Shown piece after piece: positions 47,639 through 61,230 of a stretch of DNA of 64,000 nt. Where the stretch lies: positions 36,208,001 to 36,272,000 of the forward strand of contig OX638163.1 of the NCBI GenBank assembly GCA_951804945.1, written 5' to 3'. Both the position numbers and the translations under genes were made by a program. The stretch comes from Podarcis cretensis (lineage: Eukaryota). The notes below the pieces were generated by a model. The model ran no database searches and had not been told where the DNA came from. It saw nothing but the letters and a program-made list of their open reading frames with translations. Within the stretch, counting starts at the first letter, position 1; each line of letters starts with the position of its first letter.

Positions 47639-48365
47639 CAGTGGTACCATGGTTCTCAAACTTTATCAGTTCCAGAAGTCTGTTCCAAAACCAAAGCATT
47701 CCAAAACCAAGGCACACTTTCCCATAGAAAGTAATGCAAAACAGATTAATCCATTCCTGACTTTTAAAAACAACCCCTAAAACAGCAATTTAACATGAAT
47801 TTTACCAGACCATTTCTGGGTTAGGGTTAGGGTTAATTTTTGGACTGGGTTAGAGTAAGGATTTGAATTAGGGTTAGGGTCAGTGTCAGTGTTATTTTAT
47901 GTTTTCTTGTGATTTTTATTCATTTGCGGTTGGTTTGCTTTTTCAGTTTGTTGTTTTGCTGTTTTTTCATGAGTTGCAAGTTTGTTGGCTTTGTGGTTTT
48001 CCAGAAAGTTTCAGTTTTAATTTTGAATGCAGCCCTGCAGCCCTGCAGCCCCAGCTCTGAGCTGATCTCTCAGTTGGGAAGTGGAGGCTTCGCACGCCCC
48101 AGCTGAGCTGCCTGCTCCCGCTCCTACTTGTGAGCAGCAGCGAAGAGACCAGCGCTGGAGGGCAGCCCGTGCCTGCTCGCTTGCCACCCTGCCCACCTTC
48201 CCTCACTCGGAAAATGGAAGTATGGCATTCAAAATGGAAGTTATACTCAGAACACATTCGGCTTCTGAGAAAAGTTCAAAAACCCAAACGCTCATTTGCA
48301 GGTTTGAAGTGTTCAGGTTCCAAGTAGTTTGAGAACCAAGCTGTTCAAAAACTGAGGTACCACTG
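47639..48365. mobile_element. Longer non-autonomous Tc1/pogo-type element containing TTAGGG-like repeats
   Basis: CAGTGGTACC ... GGTACCACTG(TA); ends resemble the 6604-6854 MITE; GGGTTAGGGTTAGGGTTA at ~47818-47836. Confidence 0.75.
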
Positions 48366-49492
48366 TACTCAGGGGTTTGGAGAGGAGCTTCCCTACCAGA
48401 GCTAGCTAGATTATTCATCAGCCCATAGTTCATGAATTCATTTAGTTTGGTTTGCAGTTCCTTTGAGTAGTTATATTAATAAATATAGCCATGATCCCAA
48501 TGCTGTGTTTCACGAGTCTTCTTTGTGCAGGTTCAATATTTTTTATTCTTTACAGGATTGAACTTTCTTTTTGTGTCTTTGTGTTGTATCACCAAAGAAG
48601 ACATTTATAATGCATCTATAATTATTAAAAGAAACATGAGCTGGTGAAATAAATGTGTCTGAAATGACACTGATGTGAAACTGAAGTGTTTAACCCTTCC
48701 AAAGCTGAATTTCTTCATATTTTGAACAGCTCTAAGACAAACTCACCGTGGCTAAATCTTGAGAACCTCAAGTCTGAATAATGTATAGATAAACTATCTG
48801 TTGACCTACTACGGTGGCACAGGCAAATAAACAGTTGTGCTGTGGGTCCCTTTAGAACTGGAACAAAGGTTGTTGAATCTATTAGTTATCAACATAAATG
48901 GGAGCAAATACTGATCACAACTACCTGTTTATATTCATATATGTTTATGTATTTCACAAATAGTGTAATAATGGCATGCTTAATACTCCAAGCAAATTAT
49001 AACAACTCTATTTGGCTCACCATAAAGAGCACTATAACTATATGCATCACCCATAAAACTGGTTAAAGAGCTTGAGAAACCATTTTGCTCAGAAGTACAA
49101 CTGTCCTATAAATAGCCTTATAAGTCATGCTTGAGAAGTATTATGCTGTTTAATCACTTGTGCTCCCAAGGATACATCTTCCAGTCACCTGAGGCACGGA
49201 AAGAGAGACAGAGATAGAAAAAAATCCCATCTACCAAGTTAGTTCCTTGTCTCGAGCATTGTTTATCTAATTGTACATCTAAATTGCAAAGAGAATCTCA
49301 ACCCAAAGGTTACCCAGTTCTCAATTAATAACCTTTGAAGATAAGAAAGAGCTCCCATGTTCCCTTATTTGACGGAACTCATAGCTCAGCCATTAAAATC
49401 TTATTTGAATGTAGATACAGCCAACAATTTCCTCGTTTTCATATATAAAGTGTAAAAGTCTTTCATTTCTGGTAATTATAGAGAAAACAAAT

Positions 49493-49744
49493 AGAAGAAG
49501 AGGAGGAGTTTGGACTTGATATCCTGCCTTTCATTCCCCTTAAGGAGTCTCAAAGTGGCTAACATTCTCCTTTTCCTTCCTCCCCTACAACAAACACTCT
49601 GTGAGGTGAGTGGGGCTGAGAGACTTCAGAGAAGTGTGACTAGCCCAAGGTCACACAGCAGCTGCATGTGGAAGAGTGGGGAAGTGAACCTGGTTCACCA
49701 GATTACGAGTCCACCACTCTTAACCTGTACACCACGCTGGCTCT
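49493..49744 (-). mobile_element. CORE/MIR-like SINE, second copy
   Basis: Collinear with 23462-23709. Confidence 0.85.
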
Positions 49745-50211
49745 TGAGTGTGGACAATGTCCTAGCAACTCACTCAAAAGATCTATTAAAGCCAAACTCT
49801 CATTTATCAAAAGATTTCTTCCGACCCTACATATTCTTTTGAGTATTTTTTCTTTTTTCATGCTGATAATGAAGAGAGAAAAGTGAAAGTCACAATGTGG
49901 GTTTTGCCTTGTAGGAGCACTGCATCCCTGGACAGCTTCTAACACTGACTATGCCTGCCTTAGGACGTCTTTTTCTGGCACTCCAATGAATTATGGGTGG
50001 CTTACAGCTACCCTTTAAATATTCTGCATTACTCCAGAGTATGTCCTGGTCAATCATCACTCTGATACATTGTGAATATCTTCAAGGACAGCACCAAAGC
50101 TGTTCAGTACATATTGGTGTACTCTATTGCTCCTTGCTGTCATCAACACCCACTAAGTCCTGCGGGACTCATGGATTCCCTTGACAAAGGAAGAAGGCAC
50201 TTGAAGGCATT

Positions 50212-50519
50212 GTGTGGCTATTCCCTCCCCCCCACAGGTGGAATAAATGAAGACAACGGACACAGAGTTTTAGGTTAATGGGCGAAAAATGGCCACAACT
50301 GCGTCGTCTCCAGGGAAGAAAGGGGGTGAGCCAGGGGCTGCCCTGACCTTAAGTGGCCATAGGAAGGCCCGCCCCTGCCGCCAGCCAATTGGCTGGCGCC
50401 ACAGGGTATGCTAATTGGGTGAATCCCTGTCTCCTGCGAGGCTGACGCCAGCCTCGCAGAGTGTGGGCGGGGTCGTGATCCCACAACCCCCCCTCCTCCT
50501 GAAGGTCGGAAGGGGCATT
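50212..50519 (-). mobile_element. Ngaro-derived mini-element (5' end of A joined to 3' end of B)
   Basis: GTGTGGC..CCTCCCCC..AAATGAAGACA..GGTTAATGGGC..GGCCACAACT matches the B terminus; CCCACAACCCC..TCCTCCT..GGAA..GGCATT matches the A terminus; GGCATT at both junctions (50206-50211, 50514-50519). Confidence 0.8.
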
Positions 50520-53500
50520 ATGTCAAATCCACAGCTGACCCTGATGACATTTTTTGTGTACCGGTATGTTTCACATTGGATCTCAACTGGTAATCTGCTT
50601 GCCCCCAAATCCCACCTTGGATGTGCTAGGAAATATGATGGTGGTTGGAACTGCATAGCCCTTTGAACCTCTACTGATACTTGACATGAAGCCATTTTAT
50701 CTAAGCAGGCTGTTTCTGCACAGTTGTGACAGCCCCCCCCCCATCCTATCATGTAAAACTCAGAGGTAATTTGGACATTACAAGAGGCATTGTACATGAC
50801 ATTTTAAAAGTCCCATGCTTCTGATGCAATATTAGAACCTATTATTGGCTCTGTGCTCAAAGCCTAACAAAATGCATTAAAACTCATTAAGGTGTCGATG
50901 GGGGAGTTTACTTACTTACTAGCTTACCTTCTGCGTGTGTGTATAATCTTTCTGAGAACTTTTTTGAATTGATGTGGTAGTGGTGGAGTTTGGAGGGGGG
51001 AGCAGTTAAACCCCAATTTGGCAAAAATGAGTACTTGTTATAAAACTGATCCGCCTCGTATGAATGAGCTGCCATTTATAATACTTGGTTGAGTTTAAGG
51101 AGTAGGAAAACAAATAATTGCCAATTGCTAATTTAACTTGAAAGATAGCAATGCTAGACAGTATCGCCAAAGGCATGACATATTTCTTCACCATCCATCA
51201 GTTATGGCAGATATTGTCTTGAACAAATCTGTCATTGATCAGATTTCTGGGTTTTTCATTAGGATTGCCTTATCTATATAAACATGCCCTGTTCCACCTT
51301 CTCAGACTCCCCTGGAGGTTTATAATAGTTTCCAGTAATCATGTATTACTTTTTTTTTTAATCACCTATCTTTGATCTTGATTTAAGCTGGTTCTTCTGT
51401 AGTTAGCTGGTGGGTGTTTTCCTTTCTCGCTCCCACAGACAAAATGTCATAATGTAGCCAGTTTATATGGCACTGCCAGCATTAGGACAAGAGAAGGGTG
51501 AAAGGAGTAGGAATTGCTGTTCTTTTATAGCTTAGAGGAGACAAAAGAAAAGCTGGAAACAGTATGATTGTTCCCCTAACTTTCAGAAAAGAAAAAGTGC
51601 AGGAAGAATAATCTTTGAAGAATGTTTAGCTTTGAAATTAATTGGACCCTCAGCAGGACTCAGTGGCCAGTGAATTAACTAAAGATCTGTTGATCGGTAG
51701 CTTTTAGACTTTCTGCCTTCAGAATATCCTTTCCTCATAAGCACTCAAGAAACCTGAACATTTCCTAGAAACCATAATGCTGGGCTAAAATGTTCATCTC
51801 AATTCATGCCTCAGTTTGCAGTGGAGTGCCTGTTTCAGTTATTTGTGGGGAGGGCATGAAGTATGAATGAAATTCCCTCATGTATTTCTCAGCATCTTTC
51901 AGTTGGCAGGATGCATAACTTAGCATATTCCAGGACTTTCTGGTGAAAAATGCCAGTAGTCAGCTGAGAAGAACCAGAAGTAGTATTTGTGAGTTCCAAC
52001 ACCACCAGAACTACCCATTGACCTGCACCCTTGAAAAAGAGGCGGTTTCATCCCTCAAATTCCCAAGTTAGCCTGAAAATTCTCATTGGGAAACATCCTG
52101 CCCAACCCAATTGAGTAGGACAATATGTAAAACTCCTTATCATGTGGGATTTATACGGAGTGTAGGGACATATACCCCTCATCACTAATAACACATAGAA
52201 TGCTTTTCTTCAGAGTGGGTGCATTTAGACTTTGGGAATGTTGCAAGTCTTCCTGACTGTAATGCTAGTGCTTCTGTCCCATTTTCTAATATTCCTTTCA
52301 TACTCCAGTACCTGTTGCATTATGGAGCTGTGCCTTTTTGGCCAACATACCAGCATGTCACGCTAGATTTCATTCACCCCATTGGGGATGTTGTAGCACA
52401 ACAATGAATGTCACCAGAGAACATCACTACTTGCCTACCCTATCCTCACATGCATGCTAGTGTTACTCCATGATTCAGAACTGTATACCAGTGAAACCTC
52501 CAGAGGAAACTGTCACAGGGCTCTAACATCTAAAGGAAATCAAACTATTTAGTGCAATCCCTGAGACTTCTCTGAGCTCAGGGAAGTGGGAAGAATGTAG
52601 CAATACTGATCAGAATATACATAATGCAGCACCTATTGAAGCAAGCAAATCTTCATCTGCTCAGTACCTGGATTGGAGACAACCTGAAAATCTTTCTGCG
52701 CTCCATTGAGTTGTATGATCCAATAATGTATTAAATACAAAATATACAAACATACAGATAACCAAAGGCACACGAGATGAGATATGGATCACCATTGCTT
52801 ATAGTTTCATTCATTGGTTGACTGTTAGGACTTCGTAGTTTGATTCAGCTTCCAAAGATTTGATTTTCGGGAAGTCCTTTGGGAAAACATCCTAACTCAA
52901 ATCATGCTGTCACAAATCTTTTTTTCCTTTCTCTTGGAGATCAAATGTTGCCCTCCACAACTACAGCTAACACTATAAAATATGGCCTTAAGGTTTTCAT
53001 CTATCTTCAGCGGTGGTGTGTGACCCTGTTGCAGGGCAGGGCAATTCAAATTTGAATGCAGTTAATCATTCTTTCATTTGTCATGTGCTACCCATGCTGG
53101 TATTGATTCACACATTATTCTCATTGTGCCAGGCAGAATAATGATGGCCAGTGTGGAATCATCAAGGAATGCTGTGCTGCTTTGGAAAATTGGTTTGTTG
53201 AACTGGATGACTGGAGTTTGGTATCCAGTGTGATTGGGTCTACTGGATATGTGAGGATTCAGTATTAGGTTGACTTCATTGTAGTGCGTTGCTGAAAACC
53301 CTGCCTCAGCCACTGTAATCAGGACAGGAATGCTTTATCCAGACTTCTTGGTATTCCATCTTTTTATATGTAGACTACATTATTTTAAAATACCTGAGTA
53401 TGGGAGAGGATGACCCAGTTGCATTTTCATCTAAGCTTAGATTAATTCTTTTTTATGCCTCAATTTAATAATTTCTTATTAAAAGACGGGCAATTGTCCT

Positions 53501-54472
53501 CTGGTATTTTCTCCCTCACCTCAATTTTTGTTGGGTAGAATCCTCTGCTAAATATCTTATAATCCCCCCCCTTTTTTGGGTTCTCCAGCAGATTGCTTTA
53601 TCACATACAGTTAAATATGCTGAAGATAATTTATTCTCAAAGGAGTAAAATGAAGCTTTTCAAGCTTGTATCACAAGAAAACTCTTCTAGAGTCTAATCT
53701 TAGAAGTATCTATGGAAACTAATTGCTGGATACCTGTGCATTCACCATCTAATTCTACAATCTCATAACTTCAAATAGACCAAGTGTGTGTGTGCTTGTG
53801 TGTTGGAAGGGACTGTCAGGAGTGACCAGCATAGGGAGGGCAGTGTCACAGAACCAGTCTTCTGACCCCAGCATCACTTCCACTTACCTGGACAGGACAG
53901 TCAAGGCAGAAGTGAGGCTGGGGCTACATTGGCAGAGATACAGTGTTACTACTGGTATGACCACAAATCCATGGTCTTGCCATGATCTCACACCACCCAG
54001 GTAAGTGGCCACAGCACCACTGTTAGAATGCAGTCACCACACTGGTCACTCATGGGGCATTTAGGCAAGGAAGATGTGCACATCTAAGTGTTGGACATAA
54101 ACCGTAGATGGAGAGTAAGGCTACCCCTCAGATCTGATCCATATTATGGATGGAAGTCAGCAGGCTTGGGAAAACACCAAGGTTTGAAGTTGCAGGGGGG
54201 GGGGCATGCAGGAGGTGAACCCAGCTTGGAATAGAATGGCTGGAAAATTGATTTAGAGCACTCGACAGTGCAACAACAGGTTACAGGGGCCACTTGTTTT
54301 AGCTGAATATTTGCTACCTTAAAAAGTACCTAAATAAGTTGCACATGCAAGGAATTGATCTTTCAGTGTGACAGCATCAACACTCTGGAATTTCCTTCCC
54401 CATTAACATTAGGCAGGTGCCTTCACTGTGCTGTTTTTGGTACCTGCTAAAAACTTCTTTATTTAGTACAGT

Positions 54473-54835
54473 CTGTGGATTAAACCACAGAACCTAGGGC
54501 TTGCCGATTAGAAGGTCGGCGGTTCAAATCCCCACGACGGGGTGAGCTCCCGTTGCTTGGTCCCAGCTCCTGCCTACCTAGCAGTTCAAAAGCACGTCAA
54601 GTGCAAGTAGATAAATAGGTACTGCTCTGGTGGGAAGGTAAACAGCGTTTCCGTGTGCTGCTCTGGTTTGCCAGAAGTGGCTTAGTCATGGTGGCCACAT
54701 GACCCGGAAGCGGTCTGCAGACAAACGCCAGCTCCCTCAGCCTATAGAGCGAGATGAGCGTGCAACCCCAGAGTCATTTGTGACTGGACCTAATGGTCAG
54801 GGGTCCGTTTACCTTTACTTTGACCTTTACCTTTA
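54473..54835 (+). mobile_element. Sauria SINE, near full length, adjoining an L2 3' remnant (~54355-54466)
   Basis: B box GGTTCAAATCC, core, (ACCTTT)n tail. Confidence 0.93.
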
Positions 54836-55094
54836 AGGAGAGAAAGAGTCAGAATATATTTGACTCCTGTTATTATTTCATTTATTTCTTCTTTTTTTGG
54901 TTTACTTGTTTTTATTTAACCCCTCCCCCCATAAAATGTATAAAATGCTTGTTTGTAAAAAATAAAATAAAAGATCAAACAGTTTACAAAAAGACAAAAC
55001 AATAAAATCAGGGGAAAGTCACAATAGTGCTTTAAAACATACAAAAGTTTTTTGTTTTTTTTAAAAAAACAGATTAAAGTTACCTCAACTTTCT

Positions 55095-55345
55095 AAGCAC
55101 CTGCGTAGGCTTGTCTAAACAGGAATATTCTTATCAGGCACAAAAAAGAATATAATGAAGGTACCCGCCTGATTTCAATAGGCAGGGAGTTCCAAAGTCC
55201 AGGGGCTGCTACATTAAGTAATTGAGTTATTACAAATGTGGAATGGCTATTATGTGGCAACTGTAGTACTACCAATTCTGTCAACCGAAGCAGTTGAGTG
55301 GGCACGTGGGGTAAACAATCTCAGGCAAACTGGTCCCAAGTTGCT
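55095..55345 (-). mobile_element. L2 3' fragment
   Basis: NVAAPGLWNSLPIEIRRVPSLYSF..FLFRQAY. Confidence 0.75.
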
Positions 55346-57532
55346 TTTGACATCTGCCCTTCTAATTATGATTTTATGAAAACCACTCAGAGAGTTTACC
55401 TATTTCTAACTATTAAGTGGTCTACAAATTCTGCTGGGTAAATATATATTACCATGGACAAAATTCCAAGTGATTTGAAATGGATCTTGTCACTGAGTAA
55501 ATTTAAACAATGTAGGCTCTGCCTCTTTTCATGATCAAAGTCATCTGTGAATTTGTTGATGCAGGCCTCAAGAACCTGCAAATTTCCATTTGATGAGGAA
55601 TTCTGTTCTACTCAAAAATGTACATAACCATTCTACAACACAAAGTAATCCCAATAAAGGAAACTGTATAATGTACAGCTCAACATGTTACACTTCTGAC
55701 AAGTTCTTTCTCTTTCTATTTCAGATGAGCACTGAGCTGAGACCAAACAGCAACCCTAACAATGAATTCCCCTCTTTCAGTTCTTTAATTAATGCATTTT
55801 TTTTTACCATTGCTGTTCTTTCCAGTGAAGCAATTTTGTCCAAATTCCCACTTCTTTGTGATGGTGGCAAGGGATAGAATGCACCCATTTTCTACATGTC
55901 TGCATCAATGGACACTCTAATGAATGGTTGTGGCAGTTGTTTTAGAAAAAAAGGTTATATTATCCATTTGCTGGGCAAATTCCAAGTTTCCAAGCTGCTA
56001 GGCAAGCTTCAGAGAACACCCTGAGTTTAATTAACTGACTCTAAATATTTCCCAAATGAGAACTACCCAAAATATACATCAAATGTGTCAAACCCCATTT
56101 GGAATCTGACATTTGTAAGGGTATTCAGCTAACCCGTGACTAGAGAAAGTAGCAAACGTTACTAAATGAGATGTAGAAAATCTTTTAATTCTTAAAAAAA
56201 AGTGCCTCTTTGAATACTACATAGCATTTAGACAGTCGATGTAAGTGCTTAATATATTGCCAATGTGAAATAGCCCCTTTTTAGTCCTTTAATTCATACA
56301 CCGCTGATCAAATCATTCCTTTATGTCAGCTGAAAATATCAAAGGCTCACTGATCAAAAAGTAGTTGGTTAATAATAAAACAGGAGACAAAAGCCACTGA
56401 AAATCTGAACATGGTGAATATGTTCTGTGGTAAAGTATAACACTCTTTCTAAAAAGAAGTCAAATGTTCGATTTTTAATTTTTTTAAAAAAAACTTTACT
56501 CTTCCATTCCTGCCATGAAATACATATTCTGGGATAAAAGGTACACATAAGCATACACATGCAAAAATGCATTTCACTGGGGAAAATTGCTTTGCAAAAA
56601 AAGTATAACAGGCAAAATTCACACTAAAATCCTGCCAGCATTACATGGAAATTGAAGGCATGAATACCCCTTCCTAGGATATGAAGCCTGCTAAATTTCA
56701 TAAGGGTAGGTTCAGCTATCCTCCTGCAATGACATATTTTTACATTTTTGGAGGGCAAAATAGAAACCATGTCCCCTTCCCCACCCCTTTTTTGTGGACA
56801 ATGAGTTTGAAAACTGGACACATGACGGAACTGTCCCTGGGTAAGCAACCTTCCACAGTTCAGACAAACAAGTCCAGAGTTTAATGTGCTAGACAATTTC
56901 AGCTATGATATATAACTTGAAAGGATAGTCCCCCTCCCTGCTCTTGCCATTCTGGATCATAAGCCAGATCGCCTTGATTTGCCTCATCCAGGGTATACAC
57001 AGACCACCAGATGTACACCCCTAACATATATCCTTTATGGAAACCAAAAACATAAACTATGTGGTGTATTCAGGTGGATCAAAAATTAACTGGTATTAAG
57101 ATCTGAGGAACATATTCCAAGCAAATTTGACTGTTCACTTTGAGCATACTTGGCCCTGATTTGGGCCTTGTTGTCTTTAGAGATTAGTTGGCTGACAAAC
57201 TGTGACTGTTGTTTTCCCAAACCTGCTGCTTCCATCCCAAGATATTACCCTCTCTCTGAACAGTAGTCCACTTGATGCTTAATATTCTGTCTTCCCAGCT
57301 TCAGATGGAGATTATTTTCTTTTCCAAAACTTCTGTCTAACTGGTTTATTTTTCTATTAGTTTTTATATGACCCAGGTAGTTTGATTTGTTTATTTGACA
57401 CTATAAAACTCAAACTTAGGAAAGAATTTTGCCTGTTCCATTCCTGAAATTACTTCTATTTCATCTTGGCCTCCCCAATTTTTAAGCTATAATTTTTTAA
57501 CAGAAAGCTTTTGTTTCAACAAGTCTGAAGTA

Positions 57533-57929
57533 CAGTCATACCTCTGGTTGCGAACATGATCCGTGCAGGAGGCACGTTCACAACCCACAGCGTATGCAGC
57601 CTGAAGCGCCGCGTCTGCGCATGCTTGTGATGCGATTCAGCGCTTCTGCACATGCACGAGCGCCGAAACCCAGAAGTAACCTGTTCTGGTACTTCTGGGT
57701 TCGGCGCAATCCAGTGGCATAGCGTGGGGGGTGCAGGGGGGCCCGGCCGCACCGGGCGCAACATCTGGGGGTTAGTGTTAGGGGTAGGGTTAGGGGGCGC
57801 AAATCCACGGGTTAGGGGGTGCAAATTACTTGCCTTGCCCCGGGTGCTGACAACCCACGCTACGCCACTGGCGCAATCCGCAACCCAAAAGCACACAACC
57901 TGCAGCATTCGTAACCCAAGGTATGAATG
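57533..57929. mobile_element. Tc1/pogo-type MITE hosting a nested hAT MITE
   Basis: CAGTCATACCT ... AGGTATGAATG, TA TSD; body resembles 30605-30856. Confidence 0.85.
57712..57870. mobile_element. hAT MITE with internal telomere-like repeats
   Basis: 17-bp TIR CAGTGGCATAGCGTGGG / CCCACGCTACGCCACTG (1 mismatch); perfect 8-bp TSD GCGCAATC (57704-57711, 57871-57878). Confidence 0.92.
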
Positions 57930-58259
57930 TAGCGAGAGTAAATGTACTGAGCGACTTGGCCACCGAATTCATCACTAGCTAAAGTTTCCAAACCGTCTTC
58001 AGAGGCAGCCCTATGTATAATGTGTTGCAGTAATATAACCTACAGGGAACCTGAGCATACAGATGACAAGTTATGCTATCCCCGTCCAGATAGGACTACA
58101 GCTGAACCACATGCCAACACTGATGGAAAACACTCTGGACCACTGAAGCCACCTGAGCCCCAAGCAACAGCAAAGTTTTCAAAAGTACTCCCAAGCTGTG
58201 TACCCACTCTTTCAGAGAGAGTGTAACCCCATCAAGAGCAAGCAACTTCCCAGCTGCCT

Positions 58260-58815
58260 GGTCTAGGAATCTACTAACAGTGCCTCACTCTTATCTGGTT
58301 TGAGCTCCATTTGTTGGTTCTCATTCAGTCCGTTACAGAGGCAAGGCAACAGTCCTGCATATTCACTGCCACACCTGCAGATGTAAAGGAGAAGAGCTGA
58401 ATGTCATTAGCATATTGCTGACAATATACTCCAAACCTCTGGATAACCCCACTCAGAGGTTTCATGTAGGTGTTAAACAGCACAGGGGATAGAATCAAAT
58501 CCCAAGGAACCCCACATTGAAGGCTTCACGGGGCTGAAAAACACTCCCCAAACAACACCCTCTGGAAATGTCTATCCAAGTAGGAGTGGAACCACCGCAA
58601 AGCAGTGCCACCCATCCCTAACTCGGTTAGCCATTCTAGAAGGATACAATCATCAATGGTATTAAAGTGGCTGAGAGGCCGAGAACTTACAGGGACTGAT
58701 TTCCTCAGTCTCTCCTGCAACAGAGGTCATGATACAGGCAACCAAAGCAATTTCTTTGGCAAAACTGGGTTTAAACCCTGACTGAAATCAATCTAGAAAA
58801 TCAGTTGCTCTGACA
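58260..58815 (-). mobile_element. Decayed L2 RT fragment
   Basis: FNTIDDCILLEWLTELGMGGTALRWFHSYL..FQRV and an FQSGF-like start; boundaries approximate. Confidence 0.8.
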
Positions 58816-58923
58816 TACCTGCAAACCACACAAACAAACAATACACTCAGTACATGTAAGCACATAATAACCCTTAGATTTGTCGTTTCTCTTATCCTTG
58901 TGTAGATTTCAGTCTGCACAGTA

Positions 58924-59292
58924 AAAGGTAAAGGTAAAGGTACCCCTGCCCGTACGGGCCAGTCTTGACAGACTCTGGGGTTGTGCGCCCATCTCAATTA
59001 AGAGGCCAGGGGCCAGCGCTGTCTGGAGACACTTCCGGGTCACGTGGCCAGTGTGACAAAGCTGCATCTGGCGAGCCAGAGCTGCACACGGAAACGCCGT
59101 TTACCTTCCCGCTGGTAAGCGGTCCCTATTTATCTACTTGCACCCGGAGGTGCTTTCGAACTGCTAGGTTGGCAGGCGCTGGGACCGAGCAGCGGGAGCG
59201 CACCCCGCCGCAGGGATTCGAACCGCCGACCTTTCAATCGGCAAGTCCTAGGTGCTGAGGCTTTAACCCACAGCGCCACCTGCGTCCCCTGC
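58924..59292 (-). mobile_element. Sauria SINE, full length
   Basis: A/B boxes and tail; 12-bp TSD GTCTGCACAGTA (58912-58923, 59293-59304). Confidence 0.95.
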
Positions 59293-60884
59293 GTCTGCAC
59301 AGTATATCCCTCCAAATAAAGAACATGTGACTGAAATCCACAATGCTTTTTTAAAATAAGTATGTAGTTTAAAGTAAAACTTTTGAAAGTATTTTAGAAC
59401 CTGATATCAGCCAGTAGAAAATTGTTTTTAATCTTCACCTAGAGTAAAATTGGTGTGCATTGATCTCTGTGATATTTTTTTTTAATCAGACATGTCTTAA
59501 ATGGTCCTGTCCAGGTTTATGCCTTTTAAATCAGAGGAGAGACTTAATAAAATCAAAGTCTCTAAATCTTCTGGAAACTAATGTTCTAAGGGTTGCAAGA
59601 TTACAAACATGCACACACACAGAGTAGTGTAACTGGATAACTTTATAGTACCATTTACTGGTATCATAAAGTACAAGATGTCTGACTTCAAGAATACATT
59701 TGCAAAGCAGAGTGTAAACCAGTTTACGCATCTATAGACACTTTGTATTTGGGCATTCATTTCCTACAAAATTTGAACTGGAATCAAGGCACTGTTTTGC
59801 CCCAATTTGTGGGTAGGTAGGTATGTGAGAGAATTTCAATGAAAAGGGGAGCAGAATTTGCCAGAAATTGTTTATTCTTGCCATGTCTGGAACAGAAGTC
59901 AATCCAGCAAATATGTTTGGGATTCACTGTTGTTAGTTTTAGTCCACAAACAATATGTAATTGACTAACCCCCTACCCCGCTTGAATTATATTTCCTTTG
60001 CATTGAAATGAATTGGGTGAAATAACATAATGACAACAAATTGGGTGGAAGAGCATAATGACAACATAATTTACATAATTAGGAAAATTGGGTAAAATTT
60101 GTGACAATTTGAGTCTTTAGTAGAAGGCAAACTACATTTAAATGGAAGCAGTGCTGCATGTGATGAATAAAGGGTGGGGCAGGTAAATGAAGCTTTCTCA
60201 CATCCCTATTTGGGAACCAGGATTTTGCCCTATGACATGATTTTGGGATGGCTGGGAACCAAAGTTGCTCATCTAATTTCAGGGTAGAGATGATCCAATG
60301 ATTTACCATAGAAGTCACTGGTTCTTGAATTATTATAAAAATAACAAAAACAAAAAACAAAACAACTGACTTGCTATAACAACAGCTGTTTTCCCCCATT
60401 ATGTGTTTCTTTCAAAAGTGGGCAATCATAGAGTCCTTCTATTTTCTTTTCTTTTCTTTCTTTTTTTTTGCATACAGAAGGATTGAAAAAATCATTTTAA
60501 ATTGTACACATTTTCCCTGCATTATAGGTGCCCATTCCCCCTAAAATAGGCATTTTGTATGTCTTTCAGTGTGTTTCCCCTTAAAAGGTTAATTTCTGTG
60601 CACATTTGTTTTCTCCAAAATGCACAAAAATGCTTGATCTGACTGAAAGCAGCCTTCTGATCTGCAGATAAGTCCAGGAGCGGTGAATTGGGTTCGTTTC
60701 TTTAAAACGCAGGGCAAAAGTACTTCTGCATTCAAATCTGCAGCCTCTGAAGGTGGTGCAAACTGGAACTCTAGAGCACAGCTCTGTCTGTTAATTTTAC
60801 ACTCAGGGTCCCCTGGAGCTAGTGGTGTAAAAGTGGCATAATTCCAAGGGAAATCTAGAAGGGAACTGTGGTTGTGAGTTGAGG

Positions 60885-61230
60885 TGGTTTTAAAATGCCT
60901 AAACGGCCTCGGTCCAGTATACCTGAAGGAGCATCTCCACCCCCATCATTCTGCCTGGACACTGAGGTCCAGTGCCGAGGGCCTTCCAGTGGTTCCCTCA
61001 CTGCGAGAAGCCAAGTTACAGGGAACCAGGCAGGGGGCCTTCTCGGTAGTGGCACCCGCCCTGTGGAACGCCCTCCCACCAGATGTCAAAGAGAAAAACA
61101 ACTACCTGACTTTTAGAAGACATCTGAAGGCAGCCCTGTTTAGGGAAGCTTTAAATGTTTAATAGATTATTGTATTTTATGCCCCAGATGGGTGGGGTAT
61201 AAATAATAAATTATTATTATTATATTATTA
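60885..61230 (+). mobile_element. L2 3' end fragment
   Basis: KCLNGLGPVYLKEHL..AFSVVAPALWNALP..FRRHLKAALF, then GGGGTATAAATAATAAA(TTA)n. Confidence 0.9.

Noticed and set aside
53880-54008. CCACTTACCTGG resembling the U1 snRNA 5' end
   Set aside because: No further U1 sequence; it is one arm of a 12-bp inverted repeat with CCAGGTAAGTGG, probably a MITE remnant.
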